Below the pieces are notes generated by a model. The model was not told where the DNA came from, did no database searches, and saw only the letters and a list, made by a program, of their open reading frames with translations. DNA of 51,785 nt from Anaerolineae bacterium (GTDB lineage: Bacteria; Chloroflexota; Anaerolineae; S140-20): positions 1 to 51,785 of the forward strand of contig JALUTT010000049.1 in the NCBI GenBank assembly GCA_027021705.1, given 5' to 3'. Position 1 is the first letter of the stretch; every line of letters begins with the position of its first letter. The translations under genes and the position numbers were made by a program. Shown here piece after piece: positions 21,894 to 30,969 of the stretch.

Positions 21894-21930
21894 GCCGGCC
21901 CGGCGGGCCAGGCGCTGCGAGGCGTTCCGT

Positions 21931-22407
21931 ATGGTTGCCCTGGTGCGGGTGGACGACCGACTCATCCACGGCCAGGTGACGGCGGTCTGGTGCCGGGCCT
22001 GGAACCTGGATCGGATCATCGTGGTGGATGACGAAGTGGCGGCCGACCCCTTTATGCAAGAGGTCTATCGCCTGGCGGCCCCATCGGGCATCCAGGTGCA
22101 GGTCGTCAGCCTGGAGGACGCAGTGCCCCTGTTGCGGCGGGAAGCGGAGAATGGGGGCCATCGCACGATGGTCCTGCTCCGCTCGGTGGCCGGGGCGGTG
22201 GCCCTCTACGAGCAGGGCTTCTCCTTCCCGGCGCTGAACGTGGGGGGCATCGGGATGGGGCCGGGTCGCCGTCCCCTGTGGCGGAACATCGCGGCTTCCC
22301 CCCAAGAGATCGCACTGTTGGAGCGGTTGGCCCAACGGGGAGTGGAGGTGACGCTACAACCGGTCCCCGACGACCGACCGGTGCCCCTGGCCGATCTGGT
22401 GGGGTGA
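21931..22407 (+). CDS. PTS mannose/fructose/sorbose family EIIB
   Basis: RVDDRLIHGQV phosphorylation motif, LNVGG. Confidence 0.95.
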   Translation: MVALVRVDDRLIHGQVTAVWCRAWNLDRIIVVDDEVAADPFMQEVYRLAAPSGIQVQVVSLEDAVPLLRREAENGGHRTMVLLRSVAGAVALYEQGFSFPALNVGGIGMGPGRRPLWRNIAASPQEIALLERLAQRGVEVTLQPVPDDRPVPLADLVG

Positions 22408-22438
22408 CACCCGCCCGATCTACCCTCAAGCGAGGCGT

Positions 22439-23452
22439 ATGATGGAGATCGCACAACTGGAAGCTCGGTTGAACAGGCTGCACCCCCTCTCGCTGCCCCA
22501 TCTGCCCACACCGCTGGAGCCACTGCCTCAGCTCACGGCCCGGCTGGGTGGGCCGGAGATCTGGGTCAAGCGGGATGACCAGACGGGGCTGGCGACGGGG
22601 GGGAACAAGACCCGCAAGCTGGCTTTTCTGATGGCCGAGGCGCTGGCGCAGGAGACCGACGTGGTGCTGACGGCCGGCGCCCCCCAGTCCAACCACGCCC
22701 GTCAGACGGCGGCGGCAGCGGCCCGGCTGGGACTGGCCTGTGTCCTCGTCCTGGGCGGTCGGGAGCCGTCGCCCCCGCCCCAGGGGAACCTACTGCTGGA
22801 CCGGTTGCTGGGGGCGGAGGTACGCTGGGCCGGGGACCGTCCGCTGGCGGAGGCGCTGGCGGCGGAGGCCGAGGCGGAGCGGCGGGCAGGGCGACGTCCC
22901 TACGTCATCCCCTTCGGCGGCAGCAACGCGCGGGGGGCGGCGGGCTACGTGGCGGCGATGGCCGAGCTGTGGCGGCAGGCCCAGGCGCTGGGCGTGGCCT
23001 TTGACGGGATGGTGCTGGCCTCCAGCAGCGGTGGGACTCAGGCCGGCCTGCTGGTGGGGGCGCGGGCGCTGGGCTATGAGGGGCGCATTCTGGGGATCAG
23101 CATCATGGAGAGGGAGGAGTCCTTTCGTCTTCGCATAGCCAAACTGGCGAGCGAGACGGCGGCCCTCCTGGGCCTGGAGATCACCATCAGCCCTGACGAA
23201 GTCCTCCTGCGGGATGACTACCTGGGCGCGGGCTACGCCGTGGTTGGTGACCTGGAGCGGGAGGCGATCCGGCTGGCGGCTCAGACCGAAGGGCTGCTGG
23301 TGGACCCCGTCTACACGGGGCGGGCGCTGGGCGGGCTGGTGGACCTGATCCGGCGGGGGGAGTTTCGGGCCGGTCAGCGGATCCTCTTCTGGCACACCGG
23401 GGGAACGCCGGCCCTCTTCGCCTACGCCGACGTGCTGGTAAGCCCAGGCTAG
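22439..23452 (+). CDS. D-cysteine desulfhydrase / ACC deaminase family PLP enzyme
   Basis: KRDDQTG..GGNKTRKL, QSNHAR, SSGGTQAG, DPVYTGR, HTGG. Confidence 0.93.
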   Translation: MMEIAQLEARLNRLHPLSLPHLPTPLEPLPQLTARLGGPEIWVKRDDQTGLATGGNKTRKLAFLMAEALAQETDVVLTAGAPQSNHARQTAAAAARLGLACVLVLGGREPSPPPQGNLLLDRLLGAEVRWAGDRPLAEALAAEAEAERRAGRRPYVIPFGGSNARGAAGYVAAMAELWRQAQALGVAFDGMVLASSSGGTQAGLLVGARALGYEGRILGISIMEREESFRLRIAKLASETAALLGLEITISPDEVLLRDDYLGAGYAVVGDLEREAIRLAAQTEGLLVDPVYTGRALGGLVDLIRRGEFRAGQRILFWHTGGTPALFAYADVLVSPG

Positions 23453-25092
23453 GCCCCCAGGAGCAGGCCCAGCAGCGTCAGCCCGCCGATGCACCGGAGG
23501 GGAGAGATGCGCCGCCGGGCGATGAGCCACCAGAGGGCCAGCGTCAGCAGCAGGGGGAGCAATCCCGGCAGGATGCCGTCCAGCAGGGGCTGGATCGGCC
23601 GGCCGCCCACGGTCAGCGTTGGGGGCAGTTGCAGGAGGACGAAGCGGGGGACCAGAGCCCCCAGCAGGAAGTTGCCCATCCGGGTTCCGCCGGTGATGAG
23701 GTGCTGCCAGCGCCGACCCCTCAGCAGTTCCAGCACCGCCTCCCGGCCCCGCCGGTAGCCGGCCCGGTAGAGGGCCCAGCCGCCTCCCCAGACGAAGGCG
23801 GCCATCCCCGCCGTGTAGAGCAGCACCCCCACCCAATGGCGCTCCTGGGCCCACATCGCGCTCAAGGCCAGCAGCGTGGGGATGAGGATCGCCTGCTGGA
23901 GGGTGTCGCCCAGGCCGGCCAGCGGTCCCATCAGCCCCCGCTTCAGGGCCTCCACCGACTCTTCAGAGACGGGCGCACCTTCGGCCCGCTCCTCCTCCAT
24001 CCGGGCCACAACGCCCAGGATCACGCTGCCCAGGTCGGGCTGGGTGTTGAAGAAGCCGGTGTGGCGGCGCAGGGCAGCCGCCATCGTCTCGCCGTCCGGC
24101 TGGAGCCGCCTGTGGATGGGCACCATCGCCCAGGCAAAGCCGGTCCCCTGGAGGCGCTCCCAGTTGTAGTTGGCGTGGGAGAAGAAGAGCCAGAAGAGCC
24201 AGGAACAACGCAGGTCTCCCCAGGTGAGGCGGCGGGGCCGGCGCAGAGGTGGCGGTGGGGGCTGCACCTCCGGCGCTGGATGCTCCGGGGCGGTCTCGGC
24301 CTCCGAGGGAGCCGGTCCATCCGGGATGGGGGGCAGGAGTGCCAGGGCGAGGCCGGCCAGGGCCAGGAGCCCCACGTCGCCGGGGAGGCGGTGCTGCCCC
24401 AGGACGCTGAAGAGGAAGCCGAGGAGGAAGTGGGCGACGAAGGGCCGGCGGAAGAGGTTGCGCATCCCCAGGGCGATGCCCACCGCCGTCAGCAGGCCAC
24501 CGGCTCGCTCCAGCCTCCTCACCGGGTCGTAGGGGCCTCCCGGCAGCGGGAGCGGGGGCAGGGTGGCGAGGAACCGGGCCAGCGGTGGGAGGAGCCACGC
24601 CGCCGCCAGGCCGACGGGGAGGAGGGTGAGGAGCAGGAGGAGGAGCTGGGGCAGGAGGACGTGGGTCAGGAAGAGGCGGGCGACGACCTGGGCTTTGGAG
24701 GCAGGCGGGGGCTGGCTCAGCATCCGGTCGGTCCAGCGGGCGAAGTGGACGCCGGCCCGCATCCGGGCCAGCCAGAGGAGGCCGCCGGCGAAGCTGATGG
24801 GAACGACGAGGGGGAGCACGGCCAATGGGGGGAGGGGGCCCAGGAGGGCCAGGGCGGTGCCCAGGTAGCCGGCCAAGGCGGCGTCGCCCGGCAGGTGGCC
24901 CCCGGCCCCGATCCATCCCAGGTAGAGGACGTTGATGGCTGCGCCCACCTGCATCCCCGTCAGAGGGTCGCCCAGGAGCCAGCCCACCAGCGTGCCGGCG
25001 ATGAGGGGCCGGTAGAGGACGGTGAAGCCCAGGTTGGCGAACCAAGGGGAGAGGGCGGCGTAGTAGCCCAGGGCGATGCCCAGTGCTGTCAT
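23449..25092 (-). CDS. Fused PTS mannose-family EIIC-EIID
   Basis: IIC: YRPLIAGTLVGWLLGDP..GAAINVLYLG. IID: NYNWERLQGTGF, RRHTGFFNT, KRGLMGPLAGLGDT. Pro-rich linker between them. Confidence 0.9.
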   Translation of the reverse strand: MTALGIALGYYAALSPWFANLGFTVLYRPLIAGTLVGWLLGDPLTGMQVGAAINVLYLGWIGAGGHLPGDAALAGYLGTALALLGPLPPLAVLPLVVPISFAGGLLWLARMRAGVHFARWTDRMLSQPPPASKAQVVARLFLTHVLLPQLLLLLLTLLPVGLAAAWLLPPLARFLATLPPLPLPGGPYDPVRRLERAGGLLTAVGIALGMRNLFRRPFVAHFLLGFLFSVLGQHRLPGDVGLLALAGLALALLPPIPDGPAPSEAETAPEHPAPEVQPPPPPLRRPRRLTWGDLRCSWLFWLFFSHANYNWERLQGTGFAWAMVPIHRRLQPDGETMAAALRRHTGFFNTQPDLGSVILGVVARMEEERAEGAPVSEESVEALKRGLMGPLAGLGDTLQQAILIPTLLALSAMWAQERHWVGVLLYTAGMAAFVWGGGWALYRAGYRRGREAVLELLRGRRWQHLITGGTRMGNFLLGALVPRFVLLQLPPTLTVGGRPIQPLLDGILPGLLPLLLTLALWWLIARRRISPLRCIGGLTLLGLLLGA

Positions 25093-25102
25093 CGGGCCGT
25101 CC

Positions 25103-25750
25103 TCACCCCTCGCCGGAGCGGGCCGAGGCGAAGGCTTCCATCGCCTGGCGGGTGAGGGGGTGTTCCCCCAGGGCCAGAATCTGCTCCAGGGGCAGCGTGA
25201 CGTGGGCGGCCCCTGCCAGCACCGCGCCGACCGCTTCCTGGGGGCTCTTGAGGCTCGCGGCCAGCACGCTGGTCTCCCCGCCCGTCGCCGCACAGACGGC
25301 TGCCAGGTCCCGCACCAGGGCCAGCCCATCGCCCAGCAGGCGGGTCGCCCGGTTGACGTAGGGGATCAGGTAGCGGGCGCCCGCCTCGCAGGCCAGGTAT
25401 CCCTGGTGGGCGCTGAAGACGGCCGTGGCGGCGCAGACGGCCCCCTCGGCGGTCAGGCGGGCCAGGAGGGCCATATCCTCCGGGGTGCAGGGGATCTTCA
25501 GGCCCACCCGTCCGGGGCGCAGGGCCAGGATGCGACGGGCCTCGGCCTCCCGGTCCTCCGGGGTGGGGGCGTTCAACTGGTAGAAGACCAGCCCCCGGCC
25601 CAGGGCGTCGCAGAGGGCCGGGATGACCTCCTCGGCCGGCTTGCCGACCTGGGCCAGCAGCCGGGGGTTGGTGGTGATGCCGGCGACGAAGCCCAGCTCC
25701 GCCGCCCGCACGGCGTCAGCGACCGATGCAGAGTCCAGGTAGATGCTCAT
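25103..25750 (-). CDS. Transaldolase / fructose-6-phosphate aldolase family protein
   Basis: YLDSA, GITTNP, LKIP, YLIPYVNR, LAASLK. Confidence 0.9.
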   Translation of the reverse strand: MSIYLDSASVADAVRAAELGFVAGITTNPRLLAQVGKPAEEVIPALCDALGRGLVFYQLNAPTPEDREAEARRILALRPGRVGLKIPCTPEDMALLARLTAEGAVCAATAVFSAHQGYLACEAGARYLIPYVNRATRLLGDGLALVRDLAAVCAATGGETSVLAASLKSPQEAVGAVLAGAAHVTLPLEQILALGEHPLTRQAMEAFASARSGEG

Positions 25751-25811
25751 ACGTGCCTTTCGTTGGTTGGGGTGGGTGCCGCTCGGCAGCCAACGGCGTC
25801 AATCCCGGAGA

Positions 25812-26447
25812 TCACGTTCCTCTGTTCAGGGCCTCGACCAGGAGGTGGACGGTGGTACAGGGGTCGTCCTGGGCCGGATTGTGTTCGGGATAGGAAGCCA
25901 GCAGGCGCTTTGCATTCCGAAGGGCGACTTCTTGTCTTGGCAGTAAGACGTCGTAAAGCGATGGATCGTTCTTGCGGTACGGCCTTCCCAGGAGATCGTT
26001 CAATCGCTTCTGGTATTGGCGGCGCGGGATGGCCACGTTCAGGTATTCGAAGTGCAAAACATACCACAGTTCAAAGGCTTGGTTGGAGTACGCGGGATGG
26101 AAGCCGGCCTGTTTCGCAAGGCGGATAGCCCGGTTGAATTGCTCGGCCGGAACGCCGTTCTTGTCGAAGACGACCCATACCTCGTCATACGGGATGTCTT
26201 TCTCTTGGTTGCTCAATCTCTGTGCCGTCTCGATGACGGCAAGTGGGGCCCGGCCTGTCCCAACGACCTTGACGTCAATGGCACTGCTTCTGAATCGCCT
26301 GAAGTAGTTGGGCTCGGTTCTCGTGCCTTCGCAAACGATGAGGAAGCGTCGCCGTTTTTCCCGGTGATCCACCCTCCGTCTCCTGCGCAGGGGGCGTCCC
26401 TTGTCGGGCAACTTCTTACGCCCGCTCGGCTTCGGGGTGCGCGCCAT
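25812..26447 (-). CDS. RloB-domain (TOPRIM-like, AbiLii-type) protein
   Basis: FLIVCEGTRTEPNYF, VWVVFD, SNQAFELWYVLHF, DPCTTVHLLV; overlaps the ATPase gene. Confidence 0.9.
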   Translation of the reverse strand: MARTPKPSGRKKLPDKGRPLRRRRRVDHREKRRRFLIVCEGTRTEPNYFRRFRSSAIDVKVVGTGRAPLAVIETAQRLSNQEKDIPYDEVWVVFDKNGVPAEQFNRAIRLAKQAGFHPAYSNQAFELWYVLHFEYLNVAIPRRQYQKRLNDLLGRPYRKNDPSLYDVLLPRQEVALRNAKRLLASYPEHNPAQDDPCTTVHLLVEALNRGT

Positions 26448-27768
26448 AAAGCATCTCCTGTTCAACGAAAGGCTGCAACCCGCCCAGATGGGGCACGGCT
26501 CCATACATCCCTCGAAGGTAGTTTCTGTAGAAAGAGGCGTCTTTGCGGGCTTTGATCTCCGCCAGGGAGTACAATTCTGTGGCTCCGTATCGGTTCTTTT
26601 CCGTGAACCAGACCTCATCACGACGCAGGAGACGATCGGCCAGCAGGCCGACATCGTGGGTGGCGAAGATCAGTTGAGCGTTATGGGGATTGCTCCGTGG
26701 GGAGAGGAACATCTGCACCAGTTCGCGGGTGAGCAGGGGATGCAGACGGGCGTCCATCTCGTCAACGAACAGGACGTACCCGTTTTCGAGGGTGTCAATC
26801 CAGGGGCCCAGCAGGTAAAAGAACTTTTTGGTCCCCTCCGACTCGTGCATTTCCATATCGAAAATCTCTTCCCTCACGTATTTGCCGGTCGCGCTGTCAA
26901 AGACCGGATGGACGGTCGTAACTCTCTCGAGCAGAATGTCCTCATCGGGGGGGGCTTGTCCCCCCCTTTTCTCGCTCAGAGCATCCATAAGATGCCTGAG
27001 GGCCTGCTGGATTTCGGAGGGCATCTCGGTCTGAGACATCGGAATCCTCTCAATTCCGAGGCCGGTAATGCCGACATCGGACAGACGCAGCAGGGTTTGG
27101 ACACGCCGGCGAAAGGTATCGTCGCGCTCGGCACGTTCGATGGTGTACCTTCCGTACATCTCATCATCAAGACCGGAGATGCCGCGCAGTCTCGTGCGGA
27201 ACCATTGCAGTATCTCGGTGGCCAGCTCGTGGTTGAATTGCGCCAGAACGGAGAGAAACAGGGCATTGGGGCGCGTCATCTCTAGAATGTCCTTCTTGGC
27301 TCTCAGGGCCCCGGAAATGTTGAAATCTTGCCCTTCCCGCACGAAGAGACGGCTTTCGCGATGCCGAGTGCGATAGAGCCATTCGGAGTGCACCCGCTTC
27401 TCGTCCAGCTCGAAGCCATACCGATACACGACATCGTGCAGAATGAAAATGATCTGGAAGTAGGCCGGACGGTCATAGGCCTGGGTATCCAATTTGAAGC
27501 GTTCGACACCGGTCGGGTCTCCGGCTTGCAGTCTCGTGGCCGATTGCTGGACAAATTGTCGCATAAACATCACAGCACGTATCAGGTTGCTCTTGCCGCT
27601 GGCGTTGGCTCCGTACACGGCGCTACACCGCAAGAGCGTGTACTTTCCGGTCTGGAAGGTGTGCTGTTGTCCTGCGGGCATCGTATCCCGCAGAGGTGCC
27701 GCTCGCATATCCAGGGTTTGAATCTCGTTAAATGAGCGGTAGTTTCCTACGCTGAATTCGATAAGCAT
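26416..27768 (-). CDS. AAA_21/AbiEii-type ATPase (RloA/AbiLi-like)
   Basis: MLIEFSVGNYRSF, Walker A YGANASGKSN, ESEGT, FVDEMDARLHP, QLIFATHD, NYLRGMYGAVP. Confidence 0.92.
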   Translation of the reverse strand: MLIEFSVGNYRSFNEIQTLDMRAAPLRDTMPAGQQHTFQTGKYTLLRCSAVYGANASGKSNLIRAVMFMRQFVQQSATRLQAGDPTGVERFKLDTQAYDRPAYFQIIFILHDVVYRYGFELDEKRVHSEWLYRTRHRESRLFVREGQDFNISGALRAKKDILEMTRPNALFLSVLAQFNHELATEILQWFRTRLRGISGLDDEMYGRYTIERAERDDTFRRRVQTLLRLSDVGITGLGIERIPMSQTEMPSEIQQALRHLMDALSEKRGGQAPPDEDILLERVTTVHPVFDSATGKYVREEIFDMEMHESEGTKKFFYLLGPWIDTLENGYVLFVDEMDARLHPLLTRELVQMFLSPRSNPHNAQLIFATHDVGLLADRLLRRDEVWFTEKNRYGATELYSLAEIKARKDASFYRNYLRGMYGAVPHLGGLQPFVEQEMLYGAHPEAERA

Positions 27769-27833
27769 AGCGATTTCCTTTTGCAAGGAGCGATTTTCGA
27801 CAGATTTTCTCGAAATCGAGCGGTTACGACCCA

Positions 27834-27862
27834 ATAGTACGTCATTATCAGGGTTTTGTCAA
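27834..27862 (-). promoter_or_regulatory. Sigma70 promoter for the ATPase/RloB pair
   Basis: TTGACA (27862-27857), 17 bp, TACTAT (27839-27834). Confidence 0.7.
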
Positions 27863-27874
27863 GGGGGGATTCAC

Positions 27875-27999
27875 CGGTGATTACCCATATCTTTGGAGAT
27901 AGGGAGACTAGCCGTCCACGAGTGGGGCACGAATACACGAAGAAATTCGTGGACGGCCTGCTACGGACCACTCTCTCGCTCACTTGTGGGTAATCACCG
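27875..27999. mobile_element. MITE copy 1 (125 bp) with perfect 13-bp TIR and probable target-site duplication
   Basis: CGGTGATTACCCA...TGGGTAATCACCG; GGGATTCAC at 27866-27874 and 28001-28009; near-identical to 39619-39767. Confidence 0.8.
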
Positions 28000-28052
28000 C
28001 GGGATTCACGTGGGATGCCGAAACTACCCCTTTGGGTGATGGAGCGTCTGGC

Positions 28053-29042
28053 TCAGGAGCAGTCCCGCTGATATACCTCTGGGTTGGCGCAGTGGGGGAG
28101 GGGCTTCCCCTGGAGACCGGCGATCAGGTTCTCGGCGGCCATCGTCGCCATCCTCTCCCGGGCCGTCCGGGTGGCACTGCCGATGTGGGGCACGATGAGG
28201 CAGTTGTCCAGCGTCAGGAGCGGATCATCGGCAGGGATGGGCTCCGGGTCCGTCACGTCCAGGGCAGCGTAGGCGATCTCGCCGGCCTTCAGCGCCCGGT
28301 AAAGGGCCTGGGAGTCCACCACCGGCCCCCGGGAGGTGTTGATGAGGATGGCCGTGGGCTTCATCGCCTTCAACTCCGCCTCGCCGATCAGGTGGTAGGT
28401 CGCCTCCGTCAGGGGGGTGTGCAGGGTGACGAAGTCGGCCTGGCGGAGCAGGGCCTCCAGGGAGACAAATTCAACCCCCATCTCGGCAGTGGCTGCCGGG
28501 TCGGGGTGGCGGGTGTGGACCAACACCCGCATGTGGAAGCCGGCCGCCCGGCGGGCAACGGCCCGTCCGATGCGCCCGAAGCCGATGATCCCCAGCGTGG
28601 CCCCCCAGACCTCCGCCCCCAGCAGCAACATCGGTCCCCAGGTCTTCCAGCGCCCCGCTTTGACGTAGGCGATGCCCTCGGCCAGCCGGCGGGCGGCGGC
28701 CATCAGGAGCGCCCAGGTGAGGTCGGCGGTGGCCTCGGTCAACACCCCCGGCGTGTGGCCGACGGGGATGCCCCGGGCCGTGGCGGCCTCCAGGTCAATG
28801 TTGTTGACCCCCACGGCGTACTGGCTGATCACCTTCAGTCGGGGGCCGGCGTTGATCACCTCGGCGTCAATGGGGTCGGTCAACAGCGTCAGTAGCCCCT
28901 CGGCCTTTCTCACCTTCTCCAGGATCACCGCCCGGGGCGGGGGGAGTTCCTCCGGCCAGACCTCGGCGTCGCAGAACTCCCGGACCATCGCCAGCCCCTT
29001 CTCGGGAATGGCGCGGGTGACGAAGACGTGGGGTTTGGCCAT
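28053..29042 (-). CDS. D-isomer 2-hydroxyacid dehydrogenase (glyoxylate reductase / D-glycerate dehydrogenase type)
   Basis: [42 protein letters not shown]. Confidence 0.93.
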   Translation of the reverse strand: MAKPHVFVTRAIPEKGLAMVREFCDAEVWPEELPPPRAVILEKVRKAEGLLTLLTDPIDAEVINAGPRLKVISQYAVGVNNIDLEAATARGIPVGHTPGVLTEATADLTWALLMAAARRLAEGIAYVKAGRWKTWGPMLLLGAEVWGATLGIIGFGRIGRAVARRAAGFHMRVLVHTRHPDPAATAEMGVEFVSLEALLRQADFVTLHTPLTEATYHLIGEAELKAMKPTAILINTSRGPVVDSQALYRALKAGEIAYAALDVTDPEPIPADDPLLTLDNCLIVPHIGSATRTARERMATMAAENLIAGLQGKPLPHCANPEVYQRDCS

Positions 29043-29072
29043 ATCAAGCTCCTGATTTGGAAAAAGACCTGT

Positions 29073-29948
29073 CTACTCCAGCGCTGCCAGGACACTTTCT
29101 AAGGAGCCTTGAAAGGGGCCGGGGGCTTCCATCTTGAGGGAGGCGACGGCGGCGGCGAAGCGGGTGGCCTCGGCGGGATCGGCCCGCAGCCGCCAGGCCA
29201 GGTAGCTGGCGAAAGTGGTATCCCCCCGGCCCGTCCGCCCCCGGAGCACCCGGGGCCGGAAGGGCGCTTCGTGGAACGCGCCGTCGGCGTAGACCAGGAC
29301 ACCCTCGGCCCGCGTCAGGACGATCTCCCGAGGGCCGTAGGCGGCCAGCGCCTCCAAAGCCCGGTGGGGATCGGTCAGGCCGGTGAGCACTTCGGCCTCG
29401 GCCATGTCCACCTTGAGCACCCGCACCAGGGCGAGCCCTTCCCCCTTCTCCGGCCAGTCCCGGGTGACCAGATCGTCCCCCTCCGGCACCCGGACGAACC
29501 CTTGGACGTCGAGGGCGATGGGAGCCCGCCGAGCGAGTTGCCGCAGCAGGGGCAGGTCCACCTCGCCGGCGATGATGGGCCCGACGAGGATGGTGCGGGC
29601 CGTCAGGTCGTCCGGGATCTCCTCGGGGCGGAAGGGGCCGGCGAAGCCCAGCAACCGGCAGGTGCGCCGGTCCATGTCGGGCGTCGTGTAGACGTTCTCG
29701 ATGCCCGAGGTGGCCTCGGCCGGCGAGGCGTAGACCAGGACGCCGGCCTGCTTCATCTCCTCCAGCCAGGGGAAGTCGTCGGGGTGCAGGCGGGTGATGA
29801 CGGCCACCCGGAACCCCAGGCGACGCAGGGCGATGGAGCCGTAGTAGACGGCCCCGCCGGAAGCCATCCGGGCCTCCCCTCGGACGACGATGCGGTCACG
29901 GGCGAAGTGGCCCAGGATGGCGATCTCCACATCGGTCTTGCCGTTCAT
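29073..29948 (-). CDS. PfkB/ribokinase-family carbohydrate kinase
   Basis: GGAVYY, LDVQGFVR, RTGRGDT variant of the DTTGAGD motif. Confidence 0.88.
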   Translation of the reverse strand: MNGKTDVEIAILGHFARDRIVVRGEARMASGGAVYYGSIALRRLGFRVAVITRLHPDDFPWLEEMKQAGVLVYASPAEATSGIENVYTTPDMDRRTCRLLGFAGPFRPEEIPDDLTARTILVGPIIAGEVDLPLLRQLARRAPIALDVQGFVRVPEGDDLVTRDWPEKGEGLALVRVLKVDMAEAEVLTGLTDPHRALEALAAYGPREIVLTRAEGVLVYADGAFHEAPFRPRVLRGRTGRGDTTFASYLAWRLRADPAEATRFAAAVASLKMEAPGPFQGSLESVLAALE

Positions 29949-29980
29949 CTTCTCCCTCGATGGCGTCTATAGGCGGTTGG

Positions 29981-30121
29981 TCGGGCTTGGAAAGCCCTCC
30001 TACGGAAGCTCTCCTGCGAGCGCCCTTCTCCTGTTTGTCGGGATGTAGGAGGCCCTTGCAGGGCCGAGAGTCGGGCTTGGAAAGCCCTCCTACGAAAGCC
30101 CTCCTACGAAAGCCCTCCTAC
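29981..30121. repeat. GTAG-type REP cluster (BIME/REPIN-like)
   Basis: GTAGGAGGGCTTTCCAAGCCCGA on minus strand at 29981-30003 and 30071-30093; inverted variant GTAGGAGGCCCTTGCAGGGCCGA at 30045-30067; two partial tandem copies to 30121. Confidence 0.75.
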
Positions 30122-30969
30122 GGGTGCCCCCCCTCAACGGGCTTCCCGGTTGCGGCAGCGGCGGCTTCCCTCAGATAGACGATGGCCCGCGCGGCGGCGG
30201 TGTCGGCGTCGGGGAGGGGCATGAACTCGCCGGAGACGTACCCGGCGTAGCCCATCTCCTCCAGCACGGCCAGGAGGGCAGGGAAGTCTATGTGGCCGGC
30301 CCCCGGATACCAGCGGTTGGAGTCGGCCACGTGGAAGTGGAAGAGGCGTTCCCCCGCCTGCCGGATGGCCGCTGCTATGTCGGGCTCCTCGATGTTCATA
30401 TGGAAGGTGTCCAGCAGCAGGCCGAAGTTGTCGGCCCCCACCCGCTCCACCAAGGCCAGCCCCTCGGCGACGGTGTGGATCAGGCCGGTCTCGTAGCGGT
30501 TGAGGGGCTCCAAGGCGAAGCGGACACCGTGGGGCGCGGCGGCCTCGGCGCAGCGCTGTAACGCCTCCACCAGCCAGGCCATCGCCTGCTCGTGGGTGAC
30601 GCCGGCCTCCTCCCGCACGACGCCCCGCAACAGCCCGATGATGATCACCGCGCCGGTCCGGGCGGCGAAGGGGATGTGGGCGATGGCCCGCCGGACGGCC
30701 GCCTCCCGCACCGCCGGGTCGGGATCGGTGAAGGAAAGCCCCTCTTCGCCCCAAGCCTGGCCGGTGCCGATGGCCGGCACCTCCAGCCCATACCGGCCCA
30801 CCACCGCCAGGAGGGCGTCGGCGTCCACCTGGGATGGATCGCGGATGGCCAACTCCACGCCGTCGTAGCCCAACTCGGCGATGCGGGCCACGTTGTGCTC
30901 GAAATCCCCTTTGTAGGCAACGGCCTCGAAGTGGGCTTGTTGGACGGAAAGCACGATGCTGAACTTCAC
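30118..30969 (-). CDS. Sugar phosphate isomerase/epimerase, IolO-like (5-keto-L-gluconate epimerase)
   Basis: GYDGVELAIRDP, AIGTGQAWGEEGLS, EPLNRYET, DTFHMNIEE, HVADSNR; GTG overlaps the gnd stop. Confidence 0.85.
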   Translation of the reverse strand: MKFSIVLSVQQAHFEAVAYKGDFEHNVARIAELGYDGVELAIRDPSQVDADALLAVVGRYGLEVPAIGTGQAWGEEGLSFTDPDPAVREAAVRRAIAHIPFAARTGAVIIIGLLRGVVREEAGVTHEQAMAWLVEALQRCAEAAAPHGVRFALEPLNRYETGLIHTVAEGLALVERVGADNFGLLLDTFHMNIEEPDIAAAIRQAGERLFHFHVADSNRWYPGAGHIDFPALLAVLEEMGYAGYVSGEFMPLPDADTAAARAIVYLREAAAAATGKPVEGGHP

